Part shown: piece by piece, positions 51,851 to 63,024 of the stretch
How positions within the stretch are numbered: position 1 is the first letter of the stretch
How the letters are laid out: the number at the start of each line of letters is the position of its first letter
NCBI GenBank assembly: GCA_963749495.1
Contig: CAVVMW010000006.1
Coordinates: forward strand, 896,001 to 960,000
DNA length: 64,000 bases
Origin: an uncultured bacterium
Lineage (GTDB): Bacteria > Verrucomicrobiota > Verrucomicrobiia > Limisphaerales > UBA8199
Reading direction: 5' to 3'
Notes under the pieces: model-generated
What the model saw: the letters and a program-made list of their open reading frames with translations, nothing else
Databases searched by the model: none
Told to the model about the DNA's origin: nothing
Made by a program: the position numbers and the translations under genes

Positions 51851-54299
51851 ACCGGTTACTGGTTCGCTGGCGCGTGCCTCTTGCCCGCGGGCGTCCGGCG
51901 GCGGCGAAGGGTTCGTCGTGCGCGCCTTCCACCGGCCACGATGGAACTCAAGCGTGACCGCCCCGCTGAACCGCGTGTAAATGACCGGGACGCCGCTTTG
52001 TCCCAGCCGGGCGCGCAGTCTGGGGCTGGCGCGCGCGGTGGCAGGATACTCCGAGTCTGCCACCACGATGAGGCGGGGCCGGATGGCCTCCAGCAGGTCA
52101 TCGCCCAGCGCCTCCAGCGCGCCCGGCAGTCCCGTCACGACGATGTCGGCCCGCAGGTCATCTCTGCGGCCCAGCAGGGCATTCTGGCCGGGCCGGCCCA
52201 GGTCCGAGAGCAGCAGGACCCGCGTGCCCTGCAAGTCGCCTCTCAGAACCATCGTGTTGTCGTCGGCCTGGGGGAAGCGATCCCCCGCCTCGGGATGAAG
52301 GACCCGCCACGGCCCCAGCCGCCCGCCGCGACTCAGAATTTGCACCCGCCCGGGCGTCTGGCCGAACGTGGCCACCGCGCGCCGATACGCCGGCGAGCGA
52401 AAGCGCACCGGGCTGACCCAGACCTTCCGGGCGGAGAAGAGGCCGGCCAGCGTCTCGGCTCCGCCGATGTACTGTGAATGGCCATGGGTCAGGAGCAGGT
52501 TCGGCAGCCGGTTGACGCCTTGAGCGCGCAGGAACGGCTTGGTGAGCCATCGCACGGAATTGGTCGAGCCGCAATTGATGAGCAGATCATTCCTCGAACC
52601 GGGGGCGTCGAAATAGATAGCATGCCCGCCCCTGAGCGGCAGGATGGTCAGGCGCATCGCGCAGCCCGCCTGCCAGGCCTGCCAGGACCAGCACGCCGCC
52701 CCGAGGCCCAGCGCGGCCGTGCCCCATACGCGAATCCTGGGCCGGAAGAGCCAGCCCGTGGCCGCCCCCAGCAGGGCCGCGTAGTAGAGCGCGCTGCCCA
52801 AGAGGCTCGGCGCGGCCACATAATAGCAGGCGGCCGGCCAGCGGGCGAACCAATGGCTGCCGACCCGGATGCACTCCATGAGAAACCAGCCCGCATGGTT
52901 GAACAACTCCGCCATGGCGGGAAACCACGGCGTCGTCAGCAAACTGGCCAGGTTGCTCGTCAGCACCAGGGCGCATAGCGGCACGGCTGCCAGGTTGGCC
53001 GGCGTGCTCACCGGCGTCACGACATGGAAATACCAGGCCACCAGCGGCACCGAGCCGACCCACGCCGCAAAGGACGTCAACAGCAGGTCCCCCAGATAGC
53101 GCGCCGGGGCGCGCGCCAGGCGCCGCCAGCGGGGCAGCAATTCCTCCGGCAAGAGCGGGTCGGGCGCCACCAGGCGCGCGGCCCAAAGCCGCAGCGGCGG
53201 CAGCAGCAGGATCAGGCACAGCACCACCAGGAACGAGAGCTGAAAGCCCGCCTGGAAAAGCTGCTCCGGTTCCCAGGCCAGGATGAGCCACGCCGCGGCG
53301 TGCAGCGAATTGAGCAAATCGCTCGGCCGGTTCAGCACCCAGCCCGCCAGCACCACCGTCAGCATCACCGTCGCGCGAATCGCCGAGGCCGGCCAGCCGG
53401 TCAGCGCGACATAGGCCCACATCAACGGGATCAGCACCGCCCCGCTGAGCGGGCGTGGCAAACCCAGGGCGCGGAACAGGCCGAAAAAGATCCCGCAGAG
53501 GATAGCCATGCGCAGGCCGTCGACGGCGAAGATGTGATAGGTGGCGGCGCGAACGAAAGGTTCGGAGACCTCGTCGGTGAGCGCCGTTTTCCAGCCCAGC
53601 GTCAGGGCCCACTCCAGGCGGAGGGACTCGTCCTCGACCGGCAGGCCCCGGGCCAGGGCCTGGCGCGCCCAGGCCCGGAAACGGTCGGCCAGCGGCGGGC
53701 GCGGCGGCGACTTCGAGCACCTGCCAGTCCTGCTCGGAGCCGGCCTGCAATTGATAATAGATCCCGGCCCCCTTCAGGTAAGCCCTGTAGTCGAACAGGC
53801 CCTCCGCCTCGGGCCCCTTGGGCAGGGCGGCCACCCCGGCGATTTCGAGCGTTTGGCCGCCGAACAAATGCTCGAGCGGCCCCGGCGTGCTGACGGCCAT
53901 GCGCCCGCTCGCCGGCTGCCACGGCCCATGGTTGGTGCTGAGCGCCGTGACCTCGACGCGGGCGAGCGTGTGCCACACCTCCGTGTCCCTCCGCTCGAAC
54001 ACCCGCAGCGTGGGTGTCTGGACGAGCGCGCCCCGGACCGAGACGATGGCCGGCTGATCGCCGAGGAGCCGCCGGAGATCGTTTGGAGAAAGCACCGCCC
54101 GGCGCAGCGAGAGGTCCGTCCAGCCGGCCAGGAAAGCCAGCAGGCAGAGCAATGTGGGCCGTGCCCGCGCCCAAGAGAGGGCGGCTGCCGCCAGACCGAG
54201 GCTCGCCCCCAACAGCGCCCAGGGCCTCAAAGGCGCCAGGTCCCCCGCCAGTATCCCGGCGCCGAAGAGCAGGGCGACCAGGACCAGCGGCCGCTTCAT
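51845..54299 (-). CDS. comEC: ComEC/Rec2 DNA uptake protein; frameshift near 53710
   Basis: DUF4131-like N-terminus, FDYRAYL, TYHIFAVDGLRMA, ASAIRATVM, GFQLSF, degenerate metallo-beta-lactamase fold. Confidence 0.9.
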
Positions 54300-54432
54300 G
54301 GCCGCATCAAAACAAGGCCGTGAAGCATAATCAATCAAAAACCCCCGAGGCCCACGCGCGAGCCTTCTAATCGCACCCTTCGCTCTGCTATCATTTGAAA
54401 TGCGGCGGGATAAGGTGCAGGTTGATGAAATC

Positions 54433-57400
54433 ATGTCGAATATTGGGCCTAATGGTCGAGAAGAGTGGATCCTCCGCCAGGCGCAAGAGCGGCCGCCCGC
54501 TGAACGGGCCGCCTTCCTGGACGGCGCGTGCGTGGGGGACCTCGCGCTGCGCCGGCGTATGGAAGGGCTGCTGGCCGCCCCCGAGGGGCTGGACACGCTG
54601 CCCGCCACCCAGGCCGGGAGCGCCCGGCCCACGACCGAACTCGATCTGGCGGATGGTCCGGACGAAGCCGTGGGCCAGACACTGGGCCGGTACAAGTTGC
54701 TGGAGCGAGTCGGGGAGGGTGGGTGCGGCGTGGTCTATGTCGCCGAACAGACGGAGCCGGTCCGGCGCCGCCTGGCCCTGAAGGTCATCAAGCTGGGCAT
54801 GGACACCAAGGCGGTCGTCGCGCGGTTCGAGGCGGAGCGGCAGGCGCTGGCCATGATGGACCATCCCAATATCGCCAAGGTCCTCGACGCGGGAACCAGT
54901 GAAAGGGGCCGGCCTTACTTCGTGATGGAGCTGGTCCGGGGCATTCCGATCACCCGGTATTGCGACCAGAACAACCTCCCCACCAAGCAACGCCTGGACT
55001 TGTTCATCAAAGTCTGCCAGGCGATTCAGCACGCGCACCAGAAAGGCATCATTCACCGCGATATCAAGCCCTCCAACATCCTGGTCACGCTGCACGATGG
55101 GGTGCCGGTGCCCAAGGTCATCGACTTCGGCATTGCCAAGGCGACGGAGGGCCGGCTGCACCGACGCAACGGTCTATACGCAATTGCAGCAGTTCATCGG
55201 CACTCCGGCCTACATGAGCCCGGAGCAGGCGGAGATGAGCGGGCTGGATATCGACACGCGATCGGACATCTACGGCCTGGGCGTGCTCCTTTATGAACTG
55301 TTGGTGGGCAGCACCCCGTTCGACGCGAAGGAGTTGATGGCTTCGGGCATTGACGGGATGCGCAAGACGATTCGGGAGAAAGAGCCTTTGCGCCCCAGCA
55401 CGAAGCTGGCGACGTTGCAGGGCGAGGAACTCACGACGACGGCCAAGCGCCGTTCGGTTGACAGGTCGAAGCTGATACATCAGCTCAAGGGCGATCTCGA
55501 TTGGATTGTGATGAAGTGCCTGGAGAAGGACCGGACGCGGCGTTACGAGACGGCCAATGGCGTGGCCGCCGACCTGCAGCGGCATCTTGACAACGAGCCG
55601 GTGGAGGCCGGCCCGCCCAGCACGATCTACGTTCTCAAGAAGTTCATCGTCCGCAACAAATGGCCGGTAATGCTCAATGCGACGGTCGCGGGGTTGACCT
55701 TCGCCGGCCTGATCGGCACGAGCATCGGGCTTAGGCGCGCCACCGCGGCCCGGATTCAGGCCGACCGGAATGCCGCGCGAGCCGGACAACTGGCGGACGA
55801 AGCCAAGAAGGCGGAAGCATCCGCGCTCAACGAAAAGACGTTCGCGCTGCGCCAGGCCTACTCCGCCGGCATGCTGAGCGCGTCGGACGCGCTGGAGCGC
55901 GGACAGATCGACACGGCGCGGCATTACCTGAATAACGCGCCGGCGGCGCTGCGCGGCTGGGAATGGCGGCACCTCTTCAGCCGGCTGGACATGACTGCAC
56001 GCGTCCACGACCGCCCGCGATCGTTGCTCTCGCAAATCCATGTGCTGCCGGACGGGCGCTCGTACTATGACGTTGGCCAAGAACCTACGGAGGGCATCCG
56101 GCGCTTTGACATCGAAACGGGCCAGTTGCTGGCGACGATCCCTATCGGCCGTTTCTGCTGGCATTCCTGGCTGGTTGCGGGTGGAAAGCAACTGGTCGCG
56201 CAGGTCAGCGATAAGGTGGGGGGCCCCGTGATAGTCGAGGTGTGGGACCTGGAGCGCGGCACGCGACTCTCGGCCCATCCGGTTCCCGCCCTGTTCGAAG
56301 CTGCGCCGGACGGCTCGCGGGTCGCCTACGAGCAGGGGCAAAAGATTCATATCATGGACTCGAGATCGGGCGCGACGCGCGTGTCCCCGACGGCCGTCTG
56401 CATCGCCTCCGTCGGCCAGCCTCCCATCATGTGCTTTCAACCGAATGGACGGCGTTTGGCCGTTTGCAGGTCGTTGGGACAGGTTGCGTTGGTCGACACG
56501 GACTCCCTGGAAATCCTCAGTGCGTTCGAACCCCACAACAATGTGATTCAGACCATGGTGTTCAGTGGCGATTCCCGGTTGCTCGCGACTGGGTCCTTGG
56601 ACCGCACCATACGGGTCACCGACGTCGCCACGAACCCTCCTGCGGCGGTGGCGACGCTGCGCGGTCACGCCGGCTGGGTCACGCGGTTGTGCTTCTCGCC
56701 GGACGGAACGCTGCTGGCCTCGTGGGGTGCGGATCGGACCCTGCGTCTGTGGGATCCACGGACGGGGCTCCTGGGGCGTGTTCCAGGCCAGTGCCTATGG
56801 CGCTGAGCTGAGTTTTCTTCCCGACGGGCAGACTCTGATCAATGGCGATCTCAACGGAGTTCGCTTCTGGGACGTTCGGTCGCCCGACACCTGGGTCCTT
56901 CGCGGACACCGCAGCTACGTCTACCCGCTCCTGTTGTCGCCGGACGGGGCGACGATTTACTCCGGCGGCTGGGACGGCTTCGTCGGTCAGCCCGGGAGCC
57001 TGCGCTTCTGGGATGCCGCCAGCGGCGAACCGATCGCCGCCACGGGGGCCGCGAACTGGTACGTTCGCGCCGCCGCGCTCTCGGCGGATGGCTCGCGTCT
57101 GGCGATCTCGGTCTGCGCGGCCAACGGAACGTTCAGCCGCATTGACATCCTCGACACCGCCACGGGGACGACTGTCGCTTCCGTCCCCGAATTGGGCGGG
57201 AGTCCTTCGCCTATTCCGATCGATTCGCTGGCGTTCGACCCTGCCGCTCAGAACGTCGTATGGATTGACTACCTCCAGGGCGTTGCGCACATTGCGGACG
57301 CCCGGACGGGCGTCATCCGAAAATCGCGGGGAGTGTCCGGCGGCAGCGACATGAACGCGCACGTCGCGTGGAGTCCCGACGGCGCAACCATCGCCGCGTG

Positions 57401-58025
57401 CAACGCGAGCGAGCCCACGCTCGACCTCTTAGACGCAGCCTCGCTGGAGCCGGTTCGCCGTTGGCCGCACGGTCACGGCGGCGTGCTCTGTTCCGTGGCT
57501 TTCAGTCCCGACAGCCGGCGGCTCCTGACGACCTCGGACGATGGGATCGTGCGGGTCTGGGACGCGGCGACCGGCACGCGGCTGCACGACCTGGTCGGAC
57601 ACGCCAGTCGCGTGCTCTGCGCTGTGTACAGTCCGGACGGCAAGCGCATCGCCAGCGGCGGCAACGACAACAACGTGCGCATCTGGGACGCCGAGACGTT
57701 CGAGCCGGTGGCGCGGCTCGGCGCCCACGAAGACTATGTGTATTCGCTGGCGTGGCGGGCCGACAGTCAGCAGCTCATCTCCGGTTCGGGCGACCGCACC
57801 GTTCGCATCTGGGACACGCTGCCGCTGAAGGACCGTGTGCAGGCGCGGCGCGAGCGGCAGGCCATCCTGGCGCAGGTCGAGCCGAGGGTGCAGCAGCTCT
57901 TCGCCGAACTCGGCGACGCCGCCAAGGTCGTCGAGCGGATCAAAGCCGACGCGTCTTTGAGCATGCGCGCGCGACAGGTCGCGCTCCAGGCCGTGCTGCG
58001 GACTTCGCTCGGCCAGACTCGATGA
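54433..58025 (+). CDS. Ser/Thr protein kinase with WD40 repeats; frameshifts near 55158 and 56770
   Basis: [39 protein letters not shown], many GH...FSPDG...WD repeats. Confidence 0.93.
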
Positions 58026-58045
58026 CCAGACCTTTTCCCATGTAG

Positions 58046-58255
58046 GGCCTCAGTGAAAGTGGGAGTCACGGGGCCAGACCCCTCACCCCGGCCCTCTCCC
58101 CTTCGGAAGGGGAGAGGGAGGGTTCTCGGTGGCGCTTTGAGCAAGCGCAGACGCCTGGAAGCTCCCGAGACTGCCGACGCTTCTCCCTCTCCCCGTCGGA
58201 CGGGGAGAGGGCCGGGGTGAGGGGTCTGCCCGGCACTCCATCTCCGCCTTCACTG
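58046..58255. repeat. GGCCTCAGTGAA palindromic repeat family, copy 3
   Basis: Between convergent genes; same architecture as copies 1 and 2. Confidence 0.85.
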
Positions 58256-58274
58256 GCCGATTACTTTTCCCATC

Positions 58275-59057
58275 TCACGGCCGCCAGAGGGCGCGCCAGA
58301 AGTTCATCGCGGCCCCGGAGGGCACGAGGTTGGTGAGGTCGAGGGTGTTGCCGGAGAGAGTATAGGCGGCGGCGGCGCTCCAGGCGGCTAGGTTGGGGGA
58401 GGTCTGGAGGACGTAACGCACATTGGGCTGGGCCTGCAACTGCAGTAAGATCTGGCCGTCCTAGTGGGCGAGCGCCGTCAACTGCGGGGCGGCCGGGGCC
58501 AGCGTGAAGAGCGTCAGCGACAGGGGAGCAAAGCTGTAGTCGAAGGTGGCGCTGGCCGGGGTGAAGCTGTTCGTGGCGATGTCCTGGGCCGGGGCGGGGC
58601 CGTTGGTGCGCGCGGCCTCGTCCTGGGGAGTGCCGAAGGACCGAAGGGTGGCCGTAGTCCCTGGCGTGAAGCCGGCCAGGGAGATGCGGGCATTGAAATT
58701 GGTGGTTGTGTCTTTGTTGAGGACGAGCAGCGAGACGGCGCCGGCGGCGCTCCGGGCTCCGTAGGCGGCGAGCAGGGGATAATCGCTTGTGGCGTCGAGG
58801 ATGCTGTCGCCCGGCTGGGCGAAATAGTGTGCCAGCTTGGCGGCATAAAAGGGCGGGTAGATGGAATCGCTGCCGGAATGCACCGGCGCGGTATTGGCCA
58901 GGTTGTGCGTGCCCCAGCTCCAATCCTGGAAACCGTTGACCAGGTGATCGGTGTAAATGGGCAGCGGGGCCTGGCCCCGAGCCGGGACCGCGACGGCGAA
59001 AAGGACGGCCACGCCAAGGGCGCGGCCCAGGTGAGGGAGAATTCGAGCGAGCTTCAA
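58275..59057 (-). pseudogene. Secreted glycoside-hydrolase-like gene with apparent loss of the central domain (junction ~58860) and in-frame TAG at 58461-58463
   Basis: Signal peptide and IYTDHLVNGFQDWSW..VHSGSDSI join directly to YPPFYAAKL..LLVLNK (GH C-terminal beta-sandwich); frame continues past the TAG to FWRALWRP-stop. Confidence 0.65.
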
Positions 59058-59060
59058 GAG

Positions 59061-60820
59061 TCAAATCTGGTTCAACGTGTTGGTCACCGTGATGTCCTGG
59101 ACCTTCACGTCCCGGTTGCCGGCCAAGTCGATGCCTTGCTCCCGCACGACCGTCTCGAAGAGGTGCAGCCTTGGGTCGCCGCTCTTGACCACGATGTGCC
59201 TGGCGGCCGGGTCATAAGTGAACCGGTCCCATGGCTGGCCGTCGCGGAGGACCTTCTTTGGTTCGGCCGGCAGCGGCGCCGTCCAGTTTCCATCGGTCTG
59301 GCGCTGCCAGCCCTCGATCAGGTCCGCCCCGCTGATCGTGACCCGCTCGCCCGTCATGGCGCGGACCGTTACGCCCGGCTCCTGGGCCGCAGCGTCTCGC
59401 GATAGACGCCGGCGCGCAGCAGGATCGTCTCGCCCGGTTGCGCCACCGCGCAGGCCCTGGCCAGGCTCGCCAGCGGCACGGCCGGATAGCCCCATGCCGG
59501 CTCGTCGGCCGCCGCGGGATGGCGGGGATCGACGCAGTACACGTTGGGATACTCCAGGGCCCCGATCGTCACGCCGCCCTTGCCCGCGCCGATAGCCGGG
59601 CTGCCTTTCTGCAGGCGGAAATTCCGTTTGGCTGCCCCCACAAAGAGCGGGTCCTGGCCGTTGAGGTTGTTCTGGCCGGGGGCCGGCGAGGTCTTGAACG
59701 TCAGGTTGTACTCGATTGCCGGCCTGGCCGCAGAGAAATCGCTGTCCCCATCGACAACGGCCCGCTCGGCGTCGCAGAGGATGTTGTTGCGGATCTGGCC
59801 GTTGGTGGATTCCTTGCCCCGCAGGCCGATGGCGGCCCACCGCACCGTCGAGATGGTGTTGTTGGCTATCGTCACGTCCAGCGTCTGGATGATGTCCGGG
59901 CCCCAACCTCCGCTCATCGTCGGGGAATTGGCCGACACGATGTTGCCTCGGAACGTCCAGCCCCGGACGCTGCCGATGTGCGGGGCGCTTTCCACCATGC
60001 ACATCTGGTGGAAGTCGAAACAGGTGTTGCGCTCGAAGACCAGGTCCTGCGCGATCTCGTCGTTGACCGTGAACGTCTGGAGGCAATCGACGTGGGCGAC
60101 CCGGATCTCCGAGGAGGTGCTGCCGTGAAAGTAGTTGCAGCGCTCCACGCACCCCTTGCCGAAAAACCTCGAGTAATCGCAGTCGTCGTACCGATTGCCC
60201 GGGGAATACATGAACAGACGGTTCACCTCGTTGTTCTCCACCAGCCAGTCGTCCCCGCCCAAAATGAAGCCATATTCGCTGTGATAGACCTTGTTGTAGG
60301 CGATGTGGTTGTGCGCCACCGCCGAGTAGTCCCGCGCGTTGCCCTCGGGACCCGGCCTTCCGACCGTCCCGGCGACCCCCACCCTCATGTCGTGGACGTA
60401 GTTGTCCAGCACCTCGCAGTGGCTCCCGCCCAATTGCACCGCCACGGCCGGCTTCTGGGCCGTGATCTCGAAACCCTCGACGCCGATCCAATTGGCCTGA
60501 AGGTCGAATCCGCCCACCACAACTGAGCGCCGAGGCATCGCCCGCAGCGTGATCGGCCGGCCCTCCGCGCCGCTGGTTCTGACCTTGAGCCGCTCATCGT
60601 ACTGGCCCGCCATGACAAAGACCATGTCGCCCGGCCCGGCCATGCCGGCCGCGTGCTGGAGGGTCTTGAAGGGCTTTTCCTCCGTTCCCGGGTTGGTGTC
60701 CGCCGCCCCGGGCGCCGCCTGGTCCACCACGTAGCTGGCCGCGCGCGCCCGGCCGGCTGCGCACACCGCCCAGGCCGCGATTATCGGAATGAAACCCACC
60801 GCCATGATCTTCTGCTTCAC
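59061..60820 (-). CDS. Secreted right-handed beta-helix (DUF1565-like) protein; frameshift near 59380
   Basis: YVVDQ...NPGTEEKPFKTLQHAA...G.Y.E, parallel beta-helix repeats, NFRLQKGSPAIGAG, second DUF1565-like module. Confidence 0.8.
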
Positions 60821-60912
60821 CAGGGCAGTGTCATTGGGGCTGTGCCCGATTGCAAGGCACAACCGTCCTCGGCCCGAAATGTGAAAGCCTGGGCTGGGGC
60901 GAGCTTGCGAGC

Positions 60913-61116
60913 AGGGCCGTTGACAAAGTCGTAGCGCAGGTTTCCAAACCTGCCGTATCGCCGATTTCCAAATCGGCAGGGCGTCGGCATATCGAGCGCG
61001 CCCGGTTTGCGGACGGTCTGCGGGTTTGGAAACCCGCGACACAGCAGACTTGGAAGTCTGCGCTACGCTGGCGCCCCCGGCGCACAGGCGCACCGAGCGA
61101 CTTTTCCAATGGCCCT
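60913..61116. mobile_element. Miniature element carrying REP hairpins, inserted into another REP
   Basis: Ends AGGGCCGTTGACAAAGTCG and CGACTTTTCCAATGGCCCT; GAGCTTGCGAGC duplicated at 60901-60912 and 61117-61128. Confidence 0.8.
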
Positions 61117-61288
61117 GAGCTTGCGAGCGGAGGCGAGACCCAGGTTATCTTCTTGATTTTCCCGTGGGGAAGGCGGAAGCTATCCATCGCTGGAAAAGGG
61201 GTGCTGCCCTGGCCTGGTCGGAGGGTTGGTGAGCCCAACAGTCCTTTCCTGTGCGATCATGAGACCGGAACCTGATTTGGAGCCACAG

Positions 61289-61585
61289 ATGAAAGCCAAT
61301 CGTTCGATAGTCGTTATTTACGAGGAACCCATCAGGCGCCGCCACGCCCTGGCGTTTTGCGACCAGTTGGCCGAGCGGTTTGCGCACCGTTGCGTTTTTG
61401 ACACGGCCTGGTTGTCCTTCTCGCGCGTGGGGCAGACTCTGGAGGCCGAAGAGGCTGCCCGGAAGGCCAGGCAGGCTGATTGGATCATCGTTGCAGATCG
61501 CTGCGGATATGCGCCTCCTTCACGCCTCGCTGGGCGCCAAAATCCCGGCGGCATCTTGCCACCTTTATTTATTTCCACCGCCTAA
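61289..61585 (+). pseudogene. Hypothetical protein, probably truncated
   Basis: MKANRSIVVIYEE...ADWIIVA looks protein-like, then degrades. Confidence 0.35.
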
Positions 61586-61623
61586 AGTCCGCGCTCCGGG
61601 CCGCTGGTTTCCTTCTGTTGAAT

Positions 61624-62796
61624 TCAGGGCATCGAGGCATGCAGAGGCGTCCCCGCGCTCAACGCCCGCTCGGTCTTGAGCCGGAGTTGGCCGCAGGCGG
61701 CGTCGATGTCGAGGCCTTTCTCGAGCCGCAAGGTTGCGCCGACGTGCTCCCTGGAGAGGGCGTCGAGGAAGGTCTTCTGGGCGGCGGGTGAGGGGCGCTG
61801 CCAGGGGAGGCCCTGGACTGGGTTATAGGGAATGAGGTTTACCTTTGCGTGGAGCCTTCGGGCCAGGGCGGCCAGGGGCCTGGCCTGGTCCGGGTGATCG
61901 TTGACGCCCGCGATGAGGATGTACTCGAAGGTGATGAGCCGGCCCTGTTTTTGGTGGTAGTATTGGGCGGCAGCCGCCAGGTCGCGGAGGGGGTACTTGC
62001 GGTTGACCGGCATGATGCGGTTGCGGATTTCGTCGGTGGCGCCGTGCAGGGAGATAGCCAGGCGGAATTGCAGCGGCTCATCGGCCAGCTTGCGGATCTG
62101 CGGGGCCAGACCGCTGGTCGAGAGGGTGATCTTGCGCGCCCCGATGGCGCCCCCCCAGGGGGCATTGAGGATCTTCAGCGCCTTCATGAGGTTCTCGTAG
62201 TTGGCCAAGGGCTCTCCCATGCCCATGACGACCAGGTTGCTGACCAGGCGCGAGTCGGCGCCGGGGCCGCCCTGAAGCGGCGCCGGGGGCTGGCTCGCTT
62301 CGGGTGCAGGGGCGCGTGCCTCGGCCGCCTGCCTTTGGTTCCAGACCTCGACGGCGATGACTTGGTTCACGATTTCCTCGACGCGCAGGTGGCGCTTCCA
62401 GCCGGCCAGTCCGCTGGCGCAAAACTTGCAACCGTAAGCGCACCCGACCTGGGTGGAGACGCACAGGGTGTGGCGGTCGCTGGGTTCTCCGTAAAGGGCA
62501 GGGTTGGCGGGGATGAGCACGCTCTCGACCAGCGAGGCGTCGTCCAGCCGCCAGAGGAACTTCTCGCTCGTGTCCCTCGAGCCCTGCCTGCGGACCAATT
62601 CGAGCGCGTGGAGGGTGAACTGGCCCCGCAGTTGTTCGCGCAAGCCCTTGGGCAGATTCGTCATCGCTTCCCAGCCGGTCACCCGATGGACATAGAGCCA
62701 TTCGAGCAACTGGGAGAGACGATACGCCGGCTGGCCCCAGGCCCGGAACCAGGTTTCCAACTCTTCGGCGGTTTGCGCTCGGATGTCCGTCAACAC
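61624..62796 (-). CDS. rlmN: 23S rRNA/tRNA m2A methyltransferase (radical SAM)
   Basis: CVSTQVGCAYGCKFCASG, MGMGEP, VNLIPYN, DIDAACGQL. Confidence 0.95.
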   Translation of the reverse strand: MLTDIRAQTAEELETWFRAWGQPAYRLSQLLEWLYVHRVTGWEAMTNLPKGLREQLRGQFTLHALELVRRQGSRDTSEKFLWRLDDASLVESVLIPANPALYGEPSDRHTLCVSTQVGCAYGCKFCASGLAGWKRHLRVEEIVNQVIAVEVWNQRQAAEARAPAPEASQPPAPLQGGPGADSRLVSNLVVMGMGEPLANYENLMKALKILNAPWGGAIGARKITLSTSGLAPQIRKLADEPLQFRLAISLHGATDEIRNRIMPVNRKYPLRDLAAAAQYYHQKQGRLITFEYILIAGVNDHPDQARPLAALARRLHAKVNLIPYNPVQGLPWQRPSPAAQKTFLDALSREHVGATLRLEKGLDIDAACGQLRLKTERALSAGTPLHASMP

Positions 62797-62840
62797 AACT
62801 CGAGCTTAGTCCATCGGCAACAGAGAATCCACTGTTCCGA

Positions 62841-62923
62841 ACCTTTATCGCAACCTTTGTCGCAGCCTTTGTCGAGCTCAGCCGGATTTCGACAAAGGCT
62901 GCGACAAAGGCTGCGACAAAGGT
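62841..62923. repeat. Inverted 12-mer array (CCTTTGTCGCAG / CGACAAAGGCTG) between divergent rlmN and pgm
   Basis: Three units on each side of a short loop. Confidence 0.85.
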
Positions 62924-63024
62924 CCTGACATTCACTCAAAGTCCGGTGCAGCAGACTTCCGGCCCGGAGCTTGCGGGACGGGGCCAGTTGGCGCAGAGTG
63001 GAGGGGTTCTGATGAGACGCCACT

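Noticed and set aside
47057..58463. In-frame TAG codons (47057, 58461) as pyrrolysine or recoding
   Set aside because: Both lie in otherwise damaged genes; TAG is a normal stop for glnA, amtB and nuoN; no pyl genes seen.
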